A DNA stretch of 23,499 nucleotides from Terrimicrobiaceae bacterium (GTDB taxonomy: Bacteria > Verrucomicrobiota > Verrucomicrobiia > Chthoniobacterales > Terrimicrobiaceae). Under the pieces are notes generated by a model. It had not been told where the DNA came from. It did not search any database and worked only from the letters and a program-made list of their open reading frames with translations. Of this stretch, positions 1 to 8,237 are shown piece after piece (positions within the stretch are counted from its first letter, which is position 1; each line of letters starts with the position of its first letter). A program made the position numbers and the translations under genes. The stretch lies in contig JBGSVZ010000056.1 of the NCBI GenBank assembly GCA_041752695.1, forward strand, positions 1 through 23,499, in the 5' to 3' direction.

Positions 1-1
1 A

Positions 2-142
2 GCGCCCGCGCCCACCGGCTGGACTGCCACGGACGCCGCGATGATCGCGCATGAACAATTGATGCAAGAATTTTTGGCCAGCCAGCAGAGGAGCATGGAA
101 GCCCTCCTCGCACAAACCGGCGCGCCACCCGAACATGCCTGA
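2..142 (+). CDS. 3' end of an upstream ORF (partial), possibly a type I PKS/PUFA-synthase-like protein
   Basis: Frame 2 is open from the window edge (APAPTGWTATDAAMIAHEQLMQEFLASQQRSMEALLAQTGAPPEHA*). Its TGA at 140-142 overlaps the next ATG (ATGCCTGA). The HxxxMxxFLxxQxxxM helix resembles post-AT linkers of Pfa/Hgl-type PKS. Product is inferred from this motif and context only. Confidence 0.5.
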   Translation, partial: APAPTGWTATDAAMIAHEQLMQEFLASQQRSMEALLAQTGAPPEHA

Positions 143-1436
143 TTTCATGACCAACGAAACGATCCAATCCGCCGTGGCGAAAATCATCGACGAGATGGTT
201 TGCGAACTTGAGCTGGATTTCGACGATCCGATCGGACCGCAAACCCGCCTGATTGCCGACCTGGGATTTGCCTCCGTGGACTTCATCCACCTCATCGTCG
301 AGTTGGAAAAACACTTCCAGCGCAAGATGGGTTTTCACGATCTGATCATGCCCGACGGCCAGTATGTCGATGATCTGGCCGTGGGGGACCTTGTGGCGTT
401 TATTGCGCGGCGTGTGGCCGGCGATGAACCCACTCCGCCCCCTGCGGAGATCGCCGCCCTCATTGAGCCGGAGCCCGAAAGTTTCACCAACCTCCGCCCG
501 GAGGACGTGGAGCATTTCCGCGGCCTCATGCCCTCGCTGGAAAAATGGGGCGCCATCCCCGTGCCGGAAAAAAAGAACCCGCGTGCGGTCTTTGTCTTTT
601 CCTCTCCGCGGTCGGGCTCGACGCTGTTCCGGGTCATTCTCGCAGGGAACCCGGGCCTTTTCGCCCCGCCGGAAATGCACCTTCTGAATTACGCGACGAT
701 GGCCCAGCGTCACACCGCGCTCGACAACAAGTGGAACGAACACCTGCTGAGCGGCACGGTGCGCGCCATGATGCCCCTCAAGGCATGTTCGGCAGAAGAG
801 GCGGAGGGCTTTGTGCGGGGCTGCGTCGAAGAGGGCATGACCACGCAGGATTTTTACGGCCAGTTGCAGGCCCTGCTCGGCGACCGCCTCCTGGTGGACA
901 AGACGCCCATCTACGCCATGCACGAGGACATCCTCCGTCGCGCGGAGCGGGATTTCGAGGATCCCCTTTTCATTCACCTCGTCCGGCACCCCTGCGGCAT
1001 GATCAAGTCCTTCGAGGATGCCAAGATCGAGCAGTTGATTCCGTTCATGCGGGAAAGCCATTTCACCCGCCGCCAGCTCGCCGAACTGACCTGGTACGTG
1101 ACCAATCAAAACATCGCCCGCCTGCTCGCCGACGTGCCTTCCGAGCGCTGCCTGCGCCTGCGTTTCGAGGACCTTGTGCATGAGCCACATGGGGCGGTTT
1201 CTGCGCTCTGCGGTTTCCTGAATGTGCCATTTGCCGCCGAAATGCTGGATCCCTACAAGGACTCCGAGTCCCGCATGACCGGCGGCCTGACCACCGCGGC
1301 GCAATACAGCGGTGACCTCAAATTTCATCTCCACGCGCGCATCGAACCCGACGCGGCCGACCGTTGGAAAAAATTCGACTCCGAAAAATCCCTCAGCCTG
1401 ATCACACGGGAGCTGGCGGCGGAGTTTGGGTATTAG
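135..1436 (+). CDS. Acyl carrier protein-sulfotransferase didomain protein (CurM/Ols-type ST)
   Basis: N-terminal ACP (LIADLGFASVDF, putative Ppant Ser) and a Pro/Glu linker. Then the ST with 5'-PSB loop FSSPRSGSTLFRVILAG, PPEMHLL, LLVDKTPIY, 3'-PB FIHLVRHP, RFEDLV and RMTGG. Alternative start ATG 147. Confidence 0.9.
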   Translation: MPDFMTNETIQSAVAKIIDEMVCELELDFDDPIGPQTRLIADLGFASVDFIHLIVELEKHFQRKMGFHDLIMPDGQYVDDLAVGDLVAFIARRVAGDEPTPPPAEIAALIEPEPESFTNLRPEDVEHFRGLMPSLEKWGAIPVPEKKNPRAVFVFSSPRSGSTLFRVILAGNPGLFAPPEMHLLNYATMAQRHTALDNKWNEHLLSGTVRAMMPLKACSAEEAEGFVRGCVEEGMTTQDFYGQLQALLGDRLLVDKTPIYAMHEDILRRAERDFEDPLFIHLVRHPCGMIKSFEDAKIEQLIPFMRESHFTRRQLAELTWYVTNQNIARLLADVPSERCLRLRFEDLVHEPHGAVSALCGFLNVPFAAEMLDPYKDSESRMTGGLTTAAQYSGDLKFHLHARIEPDAADRWKKFDSEKSLSLITRELAAEFGY

Positions 1437-1550
1437 AGCGGTTGCGGGCAAACGGGAGCAGCCCACTTCGCTGGCGAACGCTCCAAAAGGTTGGGACGTT
1501 CAGATTGCCTCTTGTTTCCGGGCAAAGAGGAGAGCAAACTCGCGGCTGCC

Positions 1551-2240
1551 ATGAGACCTCGACTGGAGAGTCCGCCCGACACCAAAAGTGAGCGGCCGTT
1601 GGGCGTGGGCGTGGTCGAAGATAACGCCATTACCCGCCAATTGCTCCTGGGCATTCTGCAAACTCAGCCCGGGTTCGAGTGTGTCGGAGCATGGTCGAGC
1701 GCTGAGGAGGCGCTGAGAGCCGCCCCCCCGCTGAAACCGGATGTCATGCTGGTGGACCTCGAACTGCCGGGGATGTCCGGCGAGGATTGCCTGCGCGCGC
1801 TGTCGGCGATCCTGCCGGGAACGGCTCTCGTGGTTCTGACCGCGCATGATGACCCGAAGCGGGTTTTTGCTTCACTCAGCGCGGGGGCGAACGGATATCT
1901 GCTCAAGGGGGCCACGCCCGAGGAAATAGCCTCGGCCCTGACCGCCGCGCATGAGGGCGGGGCACCCCTTAGTCCGGCCGTCGCCGGCCTCGTCATTACG
2001 GCCTTCCTTACCAAACCGCCGACGCCGAAGCGCGGGCTTCCGCTCCCCTCGCTGAGCCCGAGGGAACGTCAGATTCTCGAACAACTGGCCCAGGGGAAAG
2101 TTCCCAAAGAGGCGGCCGCAATTCTCTCCATGAGCTACGAGACTGTCCGCGACCACCTCAAACGCATCTATCGCAAACTCCACGTTCGCAGCCGGACGGA
2201 GGCCGTCCTAAGGTATCTGGGCGCGGAAGCCGCATCATGA
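1551..2240 (+). CDS. NarL/FixJ (LuxR-type HTH) DNA-binding response regulator
   Basis: Receiver domain motifs VVEDN, VMLVDLELPGMSG, VLTAHDD, GANGYLLK. HTH LSPRERQILEQLAQG...TVRDHLKRIYRKLHVRSRTEAV. ATG 1551 preferred over the TTG at 1491. Confidence 0.92.
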   Translation: MRPRLESPPDTKSERPLGVGVVEDNAITRQLLLGILQTQPGFECVGAWSSAEEALRAAPPLKPDVMLVDLELPGMSGEDCLRALSAILPGTALVVLTAHDDPKRVFASLSAGANGYLLKGATPEEIASALTAAHEGGAPLSPAVAGLVITAFLTKPPTPKRGLPLPSLSPRERQILEQLAQGKVPKEAAAILSMSYETVRDHLKRIYRKLHVRSRTEAVLRYLGAEAAS

Positions 2241-2260
2241 AACCGCTCCCCGCTGCGACA

Positions 2261-2276
2261 TCCCCCAATTGCGGGA
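2261..2276. promoter_or_regulatory. 16-bp near-palindrome, candidate binding site for the adjacent response regulator
   Basis: TCCCCCAATTGCGGGA matches its reverse complement at 14/16 positions. It lies directly before a possible -35 (TTGGCA 2278-2283) and -10 (TATGTT 2300-2305) upstream of the surface protein gene. Confidence 0.4.
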
Positions 2277-2361
2277 ATTGGCACTTTTGCCCGTCACGAT
2301 ATGTTTTCGGACTCGCGGCTGAACAAAACCTCTCCGCGAACCGTTTGACCCAATAAAAAAC

Positions 2362-3183
2362 ATGAGTGTCCCATCCAAATTTCTGATCCCCGGCTTTCTG
2401 GCCGTTGCCATGCTCGTTCCTGTCGTTCGGGCCTCGACGATGGTGACCATCGCCGAAAACCCGAACGCCTACAACTCGTCCCTGCTTAACACCGAGGTCT
2501 TTACGTTCGACAGTCTCGCCCTCGGCTCCAGTCGCAACGTGGCGTGGGAAGGGGTCGGGACCTTCGACCAACTCAATATTCTCAACGCGAACCAATATGG
2601 CGGTGCTCCGGACGCCTCGTACCCTAAGGGCAGCCCCTACTCGGTTCAAGGTGTGGGCAGTCCGGTCAAACAAACTGTCCTCACACTCGAAACGCCGAGT
2701 TCGTATTTTGGCCTGTATTGGTCAGCCGGCGACGCGGCCAACCGCATGTCTTTTTACGACAGCGGGAATCTGGTGGCAGAGTTCACCACGGCGAACCTGA
2801 TGAACTTGCTGCCGCAGGATTACTACGGCAATCCCCTGAACCGTAGCCTCAACACGCGTGAGCCGTATGGGTTCATCAATTTCTACGGCGACAGCTCCAC
2901 CAAGTGGGACCAGATTGTCTTCTCCAACACCAGCTCCTCCGGTTTTGAATCGGATAACTATACGACGCGCGTGCAGGCTTGGAGTGCCAAAGAGGATGGA
3001 GCCATCAGCGGGCGGGCGGTTGCCATCGTGGAAGGAACCACCGTGACCAAGCTCACCGTCCTGCCAGACCGCTGGCAAGCCCCAGCGGCCCCGATCCCGC
3101 CGGTTTACGCGCTGATCGCCTTCGTCGTCGTTGCCATCCTTCGCGGAAAAGGCCTGCTCTCCGCCGCGCCCGGTCGTTCGTAA
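2362..3183 (+). CDS. Secreted surface protein (Npun_F0296-like domain) with a C-terminal exosortase-type sorting signal
   Basis: Signal peptide MSVPSKFLIPGFLAVAMLVPVVRA. S/T/N/G-rich beta domain with YFGLYWSAGD..N.MSFY and FESDN, as in PEP-CTERM-associated Npun_F0296-type proteins. C-terminus WQAPAAPIPP + TM VYALIAFVVVAIL + RGK. Confidence 0.75.
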   Translation: MSVPSKFLIPGFLAVAMLVPVVRASTMVTIAENPNAYNSSLLNTEVFTFDSLALGSSRNVAWEGVGTFDQLNILNANQYGGAPDASYPKGSPYSVQGVGSPVKQTVLTLETPSSYFGLYWSAGDAANRMSFYDSGNLVAEFTTANLMNLLPQDYYGNPLNRSLNTREPYGFINFYGDSSTKWDQIVFSNTSSSGFESDNYTTRVQAWSAKEDGAISGRAVAIVEGTTVTKLTVLPDRWQAPAAPIPPVYALIAFVVVAILRGKGLLSAAPGRS

Positions 3184-3200
3184 CCCGGGGCCACCATTCG

Positions 3201-4640
3201 ATGGAACCCCCGCCTAGCCAGACGGTTCCCGCGACACCGTCGGCCGGAGTCGGGTCCTGGCGGTTGTTCGTGCCGGTCATCGTGGTTGCGCTCCTGGCGC
3301 AATTGACCGCCGCGCAGGATTTTTTTGGCGCGATGACCAAGCCGATGGTTCTCGCGGTGCTTGGCGTCTTCGGATTTCAGGCGACGGAGTCGGCCGGCAT
3401 GCTCACCGTGGGCGATCTCGTGGTGCCGTGGAGTCGGGATTGCGCCGGCTTGAACCTTCTCGTGGTGCTTCTGGCCGTCACGGTGTGGATGCAGCGCCAC
3501 CGCCGTCTTGATCTTGGATTCTGGCTCCGCGTTGCGGCTGCCCTGCCCGCCGCTCTGGCGGCCAACATCGCGCGCGTTCTGACCGTGGTTGCCTACCGCG
3601 TCTGGTTTTTTCCGGCCGTCGAGAGCCCGCAACTTCACTACTTCATTGGACTGGCATGGTTGGTGCCCTTTGCGATGGTCCTTGTGCCCGTGGACGTCCG
3701 GGGTCGTCTGGTGACCTCCTTGGAATTGATGCATGCCGCCGCCGTTCTTGCCCTCGTCGCCCCCATGGCCGAAGCCCCAGGGGGATTGGCGCTGACGCTG
3801 GCTGCCGTGTTGACCCTGGCCCATTGCCGTCTGCCCGCCTGCGTCAGCCCGATCCGCTGGTTCGCCACAGTGGCGTGGCTGGTCGCGGCTGCGGGCATTG
3901 TTCTTACCGGTGTGGAATCCTTCTGGCTCCCGTGGCTGCTGGTTTGCCCGCTTTTGCTGATGCGCTCGTGGATCCTGAGCTGGGAGGGCGTGATCCTCCT
4001 GGCGGGCTCGCAACCCATGTTTCAATTGCTCCCCTGGGGGCAGGCCCTCACATGGGTTGGTCTCGCGCTCGCCGGGTGGAAACTCTTCAAAGGCCCAGGG
4101 GCTCCGTCCCAAGGCTCATCCCGCCAACTGCCACGGCTGGTCCGTCTCGCCCTGCCGCTCGTCGCCGCCTCCTTCTGCCTTCCCTTTCTCGGCTCGACCC
4201 TCGTGACTCCGGAGCTGGCCAACCTCAATCCACCGGATACGGCTACCCTCCGCGAAATTCCGGGTGACGGCTACCAGGTCCATCTCCCCGGACAGCCGGA
4301 AGACATGGGCCTTTTCTGGTATCTCCCGTCCGGCAGCCAACGACACCACACCCTCAAGGTCTGCATGAAATACCGTGGCATCGACTTGCGTCCCGCCTCC
4401 GAAAATTCAGCGGTAATGACGGATGGAGAAGTCTGGATGCGCGAATTTTTCCTCCTCCCGCAGGGCCTTGTCTCCTCTCATGCCGACTACGTCTGGGCCA
4501 CTCTCCGCCCGGGCAAAACCTCCGGGATCCATCTGATCGCCGTGGCCTCCTGCGCCGACATGACCGAATCCCAGTTTGCCTCCGCTGCCGCCACCCTCGT
4601 GCAAGGCCTTCCCCTCCCGACAAAACCCGCAGGCCGTTGA
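3201..4640 (+). CDS. Exosortase/archaeosortase family protein fused to extra TM helices and a C-terminal EpsI-like domain
   Basis: Polytopic membrane protein with the exosortase triad in correct order: Cys (VPWSRDCAGLNLL), Arg (ANIARV), His (QLHYFIG). C-terminal soluble domain with HHTLKVCMKYRG resembles the EpsI H-x4-C-x3-G-type motif. ATG 3201 lies 17 nt after the target gene stop. Confidence 0.8.
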   Translation: MEPPPSQTVPATPSAGVGSWRLFVPVIVVALLAQLTAAQDFFGAMTKPMVLAVLGVFGFQATESAGMLTVGDLVVPWSRDCAGLNLLVVLLAVTVWMQRHRRLDLGFWLRVAAALPAALAANIARVLTVVAYRVWFFPAVESPQLHYFIGLAWLVPFAMVLVPVDVRGRLVTSLELMHAAAVLALVAPMAEAPGGLALTLAAVLTLAHCRLPACVSPIRWFATVAWLVAAAGIVLTGVESFWLPWLLVCPLLLMRSWILSWEGVILLAGSQPMFQLLPWGQALTWVGLALAGWKLFKGPGAPSQGSSRQLPRLVRLALPLVAASFCLPFLGSTLVTPELANLNPPDTATLREIPGDGYQVHLPGQPEDMGLFWYLPSGSQRHHTLKVCMKYRGIDLRPASENSAVMTDGEVWMREFFLLPQGLVSSHADYVWATLRPGKTSGIHLIAVASCADMTESQFASAAATLVQGLPLPTKPAGR

Positions 4641-4691
4641 CCGTCCCTCAGTTTAAAACCATGGCGGTCTCGTCCCTCCTTGATCGAGGAA

Positions 4692-5465
4692 CTAGCCCGG
4701 CTTGACCGCCGTCGCGTAGCGCAGCCACCAACGCATTTGCACGCCACCGGGACACGGTGCCCAACCGAGATATTGGTCGATGGCCTGCCCCACTTCCTCT
4801 CGGGTGGCTTTTTGCACGGCGAAAAGCGTGCGGCAAAAATTTTTCATCGTCTCCTGGTTGGGGTAAATCCACGGCACTTCGAGGAGTTCCTCCCTGACGT
4901 CCACGAAGCCGGCCAGGGTGAGTTCCCGTTCCCAGTCTCCGGGCCGGAAAAACATTCCCTCGTGCCCGCCGGGGGTGTTGGCGTGGACGAACTCGTTGAG
5001 AAACCCCGCGGTTCCCGTGCCTTCCTGCACGTCGGCCACAGCGACTTTTCCCCCGGGTTGGAGCACGCGGAACCACTCGCGGTAAACCGGCATTCGGTCC
5101 GCGACATGGTGGAGCCCGGCCAGGCTGCCGAGCCGGTCGATGGAGGTGGCGGCCAACCCCAGGGCGGTGAGGGGGTCGTGTCGCACGGTAAAATCGGGAT
5201 GGATCGCGGAGGCAAACCGTTTGGCGGGTTCGACACAAATCACCCGGATGCCTGAACCGAAGGTGGCGCGGATGCCATCGGCCAGATACCCGCCCCCGGC
5301 CGGCAGATCGCAGACCACCTGGCCCTCCGCCAGATCAAGCCGGTCCAGCAACGCCGAGCGTTCGGCTTCGCGAGCGCCCGGACAGCTTGAACCCGCCTCG
5401 TTGTACAAGTGGCCTCGTGCGTTGAAAATATCCGCGTAGTCCGCGGGCTTGTCGGAATCCGCCAT
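4692..5465 (-). CDS. Class I SAM-dependent methyltransferase
   Basis: MADSDKPADY...; motif I VVCDLPAGGGYL, ICVEP, LAGLHHV, FRVLQPGGKVAVAD. This is the real C-terminal 257 aa of the 857-aa ORF in the track. Confidence 0.88.
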   Translation of the reverse strand: MADSDKPADYADIFNARGHLYNEAGSSCPGAREAERSALLDRLDLAEGQVVCDLPAGGGYLADGIRATFGSGIRVICVEPAKRFASAIHPDFTVRHDPLTALGLAATSIDRLGSLAGLHHVADRMPVYREWFRVLQPGGKVAVADVQEGTGTAGFLNEFVHANTPGGHEGMFFRPGDWERELTLAGFVDVREELLEVPWIYPNQETMKNFCRTLFAVQKATREEVGQAIDQYLGWAPCPGGVQMRWWLRYATAVKPG

Positions 5466-5507
5466 CGCCTCTATCCAAATGGACAAGCTGACCCCTGTAA
5501 ATCCCCC

Positions 5508-6623
5508 ATGCGTTATCTTCATGCCGAACGCTTCCAGCACATCATCCGCCATGCGAGGCGGACGAATCCGTTTTACCGACGCTGGATTCCGGAGGATGGC
5601 CCGGTGCCGCTGCTCACGCGTCAGGTGCTGCAAGAACACAATGAGGAAATTCTGAATCGCCACCCCGTGACGGCGCGCACCTCGGGGTCCACCGGGGTGC
5701 CGGTCAAGATCCATTCTTCCCCGGCCCGTAACGCCCGGAACACGCCGGCGGTGGACCTGCTGGTCCGTCACCTCGGGGGCCCATTGCCGCGGACCGAGGT
5801 GATTTACCCCCGGGGCCCCAACGATCCGAAAACGCTGGTGCACATTTTGACGCCGATCCCCGAGCAGGTGGAAATTCTTCGGCGAAACCATCGGGCGCGG
5901 CGGGCCACGGCGATCGTTACCTATCCCTCCAACGCCGTGCTGCTGGCCCAGGCCATTCTTGAGGGGGGCCAGGATTTTTCCTTCATGCGGCGGATCGGCC
6001 TGATCTCCGAGTCGGTCGATCCCGGGCAGATCGCCCTCCTCAACCGGGCCTTCCCCAACGCGCAAATCTGGTCGAATTACAGCTCGATGGAGTTTGGACT
6101 GATCAGTTTTCAATGCCCCTACCGGCCCGGTTTTCACCACGCGGCGACGGAAAAGCTCGGCATTGAGATCCTCGACGAGCGGGGGCGTGACTGTGAGCCC
6201 GGGCAGATCGGACGGCTCGTCATCACCGACTATTACAACTTCGAAATGCCGCTCATTCGCTACGAGATTGGAGACCTCGCGGCGTTTGCGACGTGTCCCT
6301 GCGGAAAAATCTCCCTGCCCGGCCTGCAGGATATTCTGGGGAAAGTCCGCGGCTGCCTTCTTCATCGCGACGGGCGCCGCATCCCCTTCATTAATCTCTC
6401 CGTGGCCCTGCGCGACCTGCCCGGCATGCGGCAGTATCAGGTGATCCAGGAGGAAACCGAGCGCTTCACGGTGAAGGTGGCCGCCGCCGCCACGCTCGAC
6501 GCGGAAATCCGGGACGTGTTCGTTCAGGAATTCGGCTATGCGCCGCAGATCGCGATTGAGACTGTGGATTCCATTCCCCGCGATCCCAACGGGAAATTCT
6601 ACGCGACCATCTGCCGGGCCTGA
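5508..6623 (+). CDS. Phenylacetate-CoA ligase/CapK-like adenylate-forming (ANL) enzyme
   Basis: P-loop RTSGSTGVP, YPSN, YSSMEFG, GRLVITDYYNFEMPLIRYEIGD, ILGKV, QYQVIQ and terminal IPRDPNGKF. ATG 5508 avoids overlap with the divergent methyltransferase. Confidence 0.88.
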   Translation: MRYLHAERFQHIIRHARRTNPFYRRWIPEDGPVPLLTRQVLQEHNEEILNRHPVTARTSGSTGVPVKIHSSPARNARNTPAVDLLVRHLGGPLPRTEVIYPRGPNDPKTLVHILTPIPEQVEILRRNHRARRATAIVTYPSNAVLLAQAILEGGQDFSFMRRIGLISESVDPGQIALLNRAFPNAQIWSNYSSMEFGLISFQCPYRPGFHHAATEKLGIEILDERGRDCEPGQIGRLVITDYYNFEMPLIRYEIGDLAAFATCPCGKISLPGLQDILGKVRGCLLHRDGRRIPFINLSVALRDLPGMRQYQVIQEETERFTVKVAAAATLDAEIRDVFVQEFGYAPQIAIETVDSIPRDPNGKFYATICRA

Positions 6624-6674
6624 GAGTCTGCACGCGGGATTGCATTTTTCTCGCAATCCGAAAATCTCCGGGTA

Positions 6675-7535
6675 ATGCCACGCGCCGGTCTCGATCAGGT
6701 CACAATCAGTTATACCAAAATGGGGTCCTGGCACGAGGACCGCACGCCACTGGTTTTTGTGCACGGTCTGGCGGCGAGTTCGGCCTTTTGGTTTCACGCG
6801 GCGGAACTGATGGGTGGTACCTGGCCGGTGCTGGTTTTCGATTTGCGCGGACACGGTCGCAGTTCTGTGCCGGCTTCCGGCTACGGAGCGGACGATCACG
6901 CCCGGGATCTGATCGGGCTGCTGGATTTTTTGAAATTGGAAACGGTCAGCCTGGTCGGCCATAGCTTCGGAGGTTCCGTGGCGCTGCACGCTGCGAGGCG
7001 CGCGCCCGGCCGGTTCCGGCACCTGGCCCTGGCGGACACCCGTCTGCGGGCGTTTCAACCGGCTTTGACTCCCGCGTCGTGGCCCCGGTGGCAGGAGCAG
7101 CGCGCGCTGTTGGAGGAAGTGGGGTTGGGCATTGACGAGGACGAACCCGAGGCGGGCGTCTCGGTGCTCACGGCCATGGCCAAACTCACGATGCGGGCGG
7201 AGGAAAGCGCGGAGCCCCTCCCTCGCTGGGTGATGGAATTTTTTGGCCAGCGTCAGAGCCGGCACACGGCGGGGCGCTGGATGGAGTTGGTCGAAAAAAC
7301 CACCCTGCTGCAGGACATCCGGCGGGAGGAGGATCTCTCCGCGGATGTGCTGAGTCAGCTTCCCCTACCGATCTTCGGCGCTTACGGCGAGCATTCCCCC
7401 ATTCTTCCCAGCGGGAAGTCGCTCAAGGAAATCCGCCCGGACACCGTGCTCAAGGTCGTGGACGGGGCCGGTCATTTTTTTCCCGCAGTGCGGCCGAGAG
7501 AGCTGACCGGACCGCTGGAAACCTTTCTGAGCTGA
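6675..7535 (+). CDS. Alpha/beta fold hydrolase (candidate thioesterase)
   Basis: VFVHGLAAS oxyanion motif, FDLRGHGRS, nucleophile GHSFGG, LAD after strand 6, catalytic His in GAGHFFP. Confidence 0.9.
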   Translation: MPRAGLDQVTISYTKMGSWHEDRTPLVFVHGLAASSAFWFHAAELMGGTWPVLVFDLRGHGRSSVPASGYGADDHARDLIGLLDFLKLETVSLVGHSFGGSVALHAARRAPGRFRHLALADTRLRAFQPALTPASWPRWQEQRALLEEVGLGIDEDEPEAGVSVLTAMAKLTMRAEESAEPLPRWVMEFFGQRQSRHTAGRWMELVEKTTLLQDIRREEDLSADVLSQLPLPIFGAYGEHSPILPSGKSLKEIRPDTVLKVVDGAGHFFPAVRPRELTGPLETFLS

Positions 7536-7547
7536 GACCTGACGCGC

Positions 7548-8237
7548 ATGAAATTTCTTCTCAGCAACGACGACGGCATCGAAGCCCGCGGGCTCGCCGC
7601 GCTTTCCGAGGCTTCCCGCGCTTTTGGGGAACGGGTGACCGTCGCCCCGGCCCGCCCGCAATCCGGCATGAGCCATGTGGTGACATGGGAGGGCGGGGTT
7701 TATCTGGAAAAGCGCGGGACGGGTCGATTTGCCGTGCATGGCACCCCCGCGGATTGCGCGCGGCTCGGTCTGTTGCGAGTGGCCCCCGATGCGAACTGGG
7801 TGCTGAGTGGCATCAATCACGGCGGCAATCTGGGGGCGGACGTGTATTATTCCGGAACGGTCGCGGCGGTTCGCGAAGCCGTGCTTCATGGCTGGCCGGG
7901 CGTCGCCCTTTCGCAGTATCTGCGCGATGATCGGCCCCCCGATTGGGAACGGACCAGCCGGTGGGCGGCGCGCGTCCTTGCCGAGCTGCTGCCGCGGCCG
8001 GTCGAGCCGGGTTTGTTTTACAATGTCAATTTCCCCGCGCTGGCCGCGGAGGATCCCGAGCCGGAGATGGTCTTCTGTCCGCTCGACCCGAATCCACTGC
8101 CGCTCAGCTACAGGCACGAGGAGGACAATCGTCATGCGTACGATGGCATCTATGCCTCGCGGCGGCGGACCTCCGGGGCGGACGTGGATACCTGCTTCGG
8201 CGGCCGGATCGCGGTGACGGAGATGCGGCTGTTTTAA
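7548..8237 (+). CDS. surE: 5'/3'-nucleotidase SurE
   Basis: MKFLLSNDDGI, QSGMSH, GTPADC, SGINHGGNLG, YSGTVAAVREA. Confidence 0.96.
   Translation: MKFLLSNDDGIEARGLAALSEASRAFGERVTVAPARPQSGMSHVVTWEGGVYLEKRGTGRFAVHGTPADCARLGLLRVAPDANWVLSGINHGGNLGADVYYSGTVAAVREAVLHGWPGVALSQYLRDDRPPDWERTSRWAARVLAELLPRPVEPGLFYNVNFPALAAEDPEPEMVFCPLDPNPLPLSYRHEEDNRHAYDGIYASRRRTSGADVDTCFGGRIAVTEMRLF

Noticed and set aside
1433..1486. TAGAGCG...CGCTCCA imperfect inverted repeat after the ACP-ST gene
   Set aside because: Short, single copy and without a U-tract. Cannot distinguish a decayed repeat from chance.
2278..2293. Possible sigma54 promoter (TGGCAC...TTGC) before the CTERM protein
   Set aside because: Spacing is TGGCAC-N2-TTGC instead of N5, so the GG-N10-GC rule fails.
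2979..3200. Upstream extension of the exosortase ORF
   Set aside because: Overlaps the surface protein gene in another frame. ATG 3201 fits operon spacing.
5466..7265. N-terminal 600 aa of the 857-aa minus-strand ORF
   Set aside because: Antisense shadow of the ligase and hydrolase genes. Only the last 257 aa have methyltransferase motifs.
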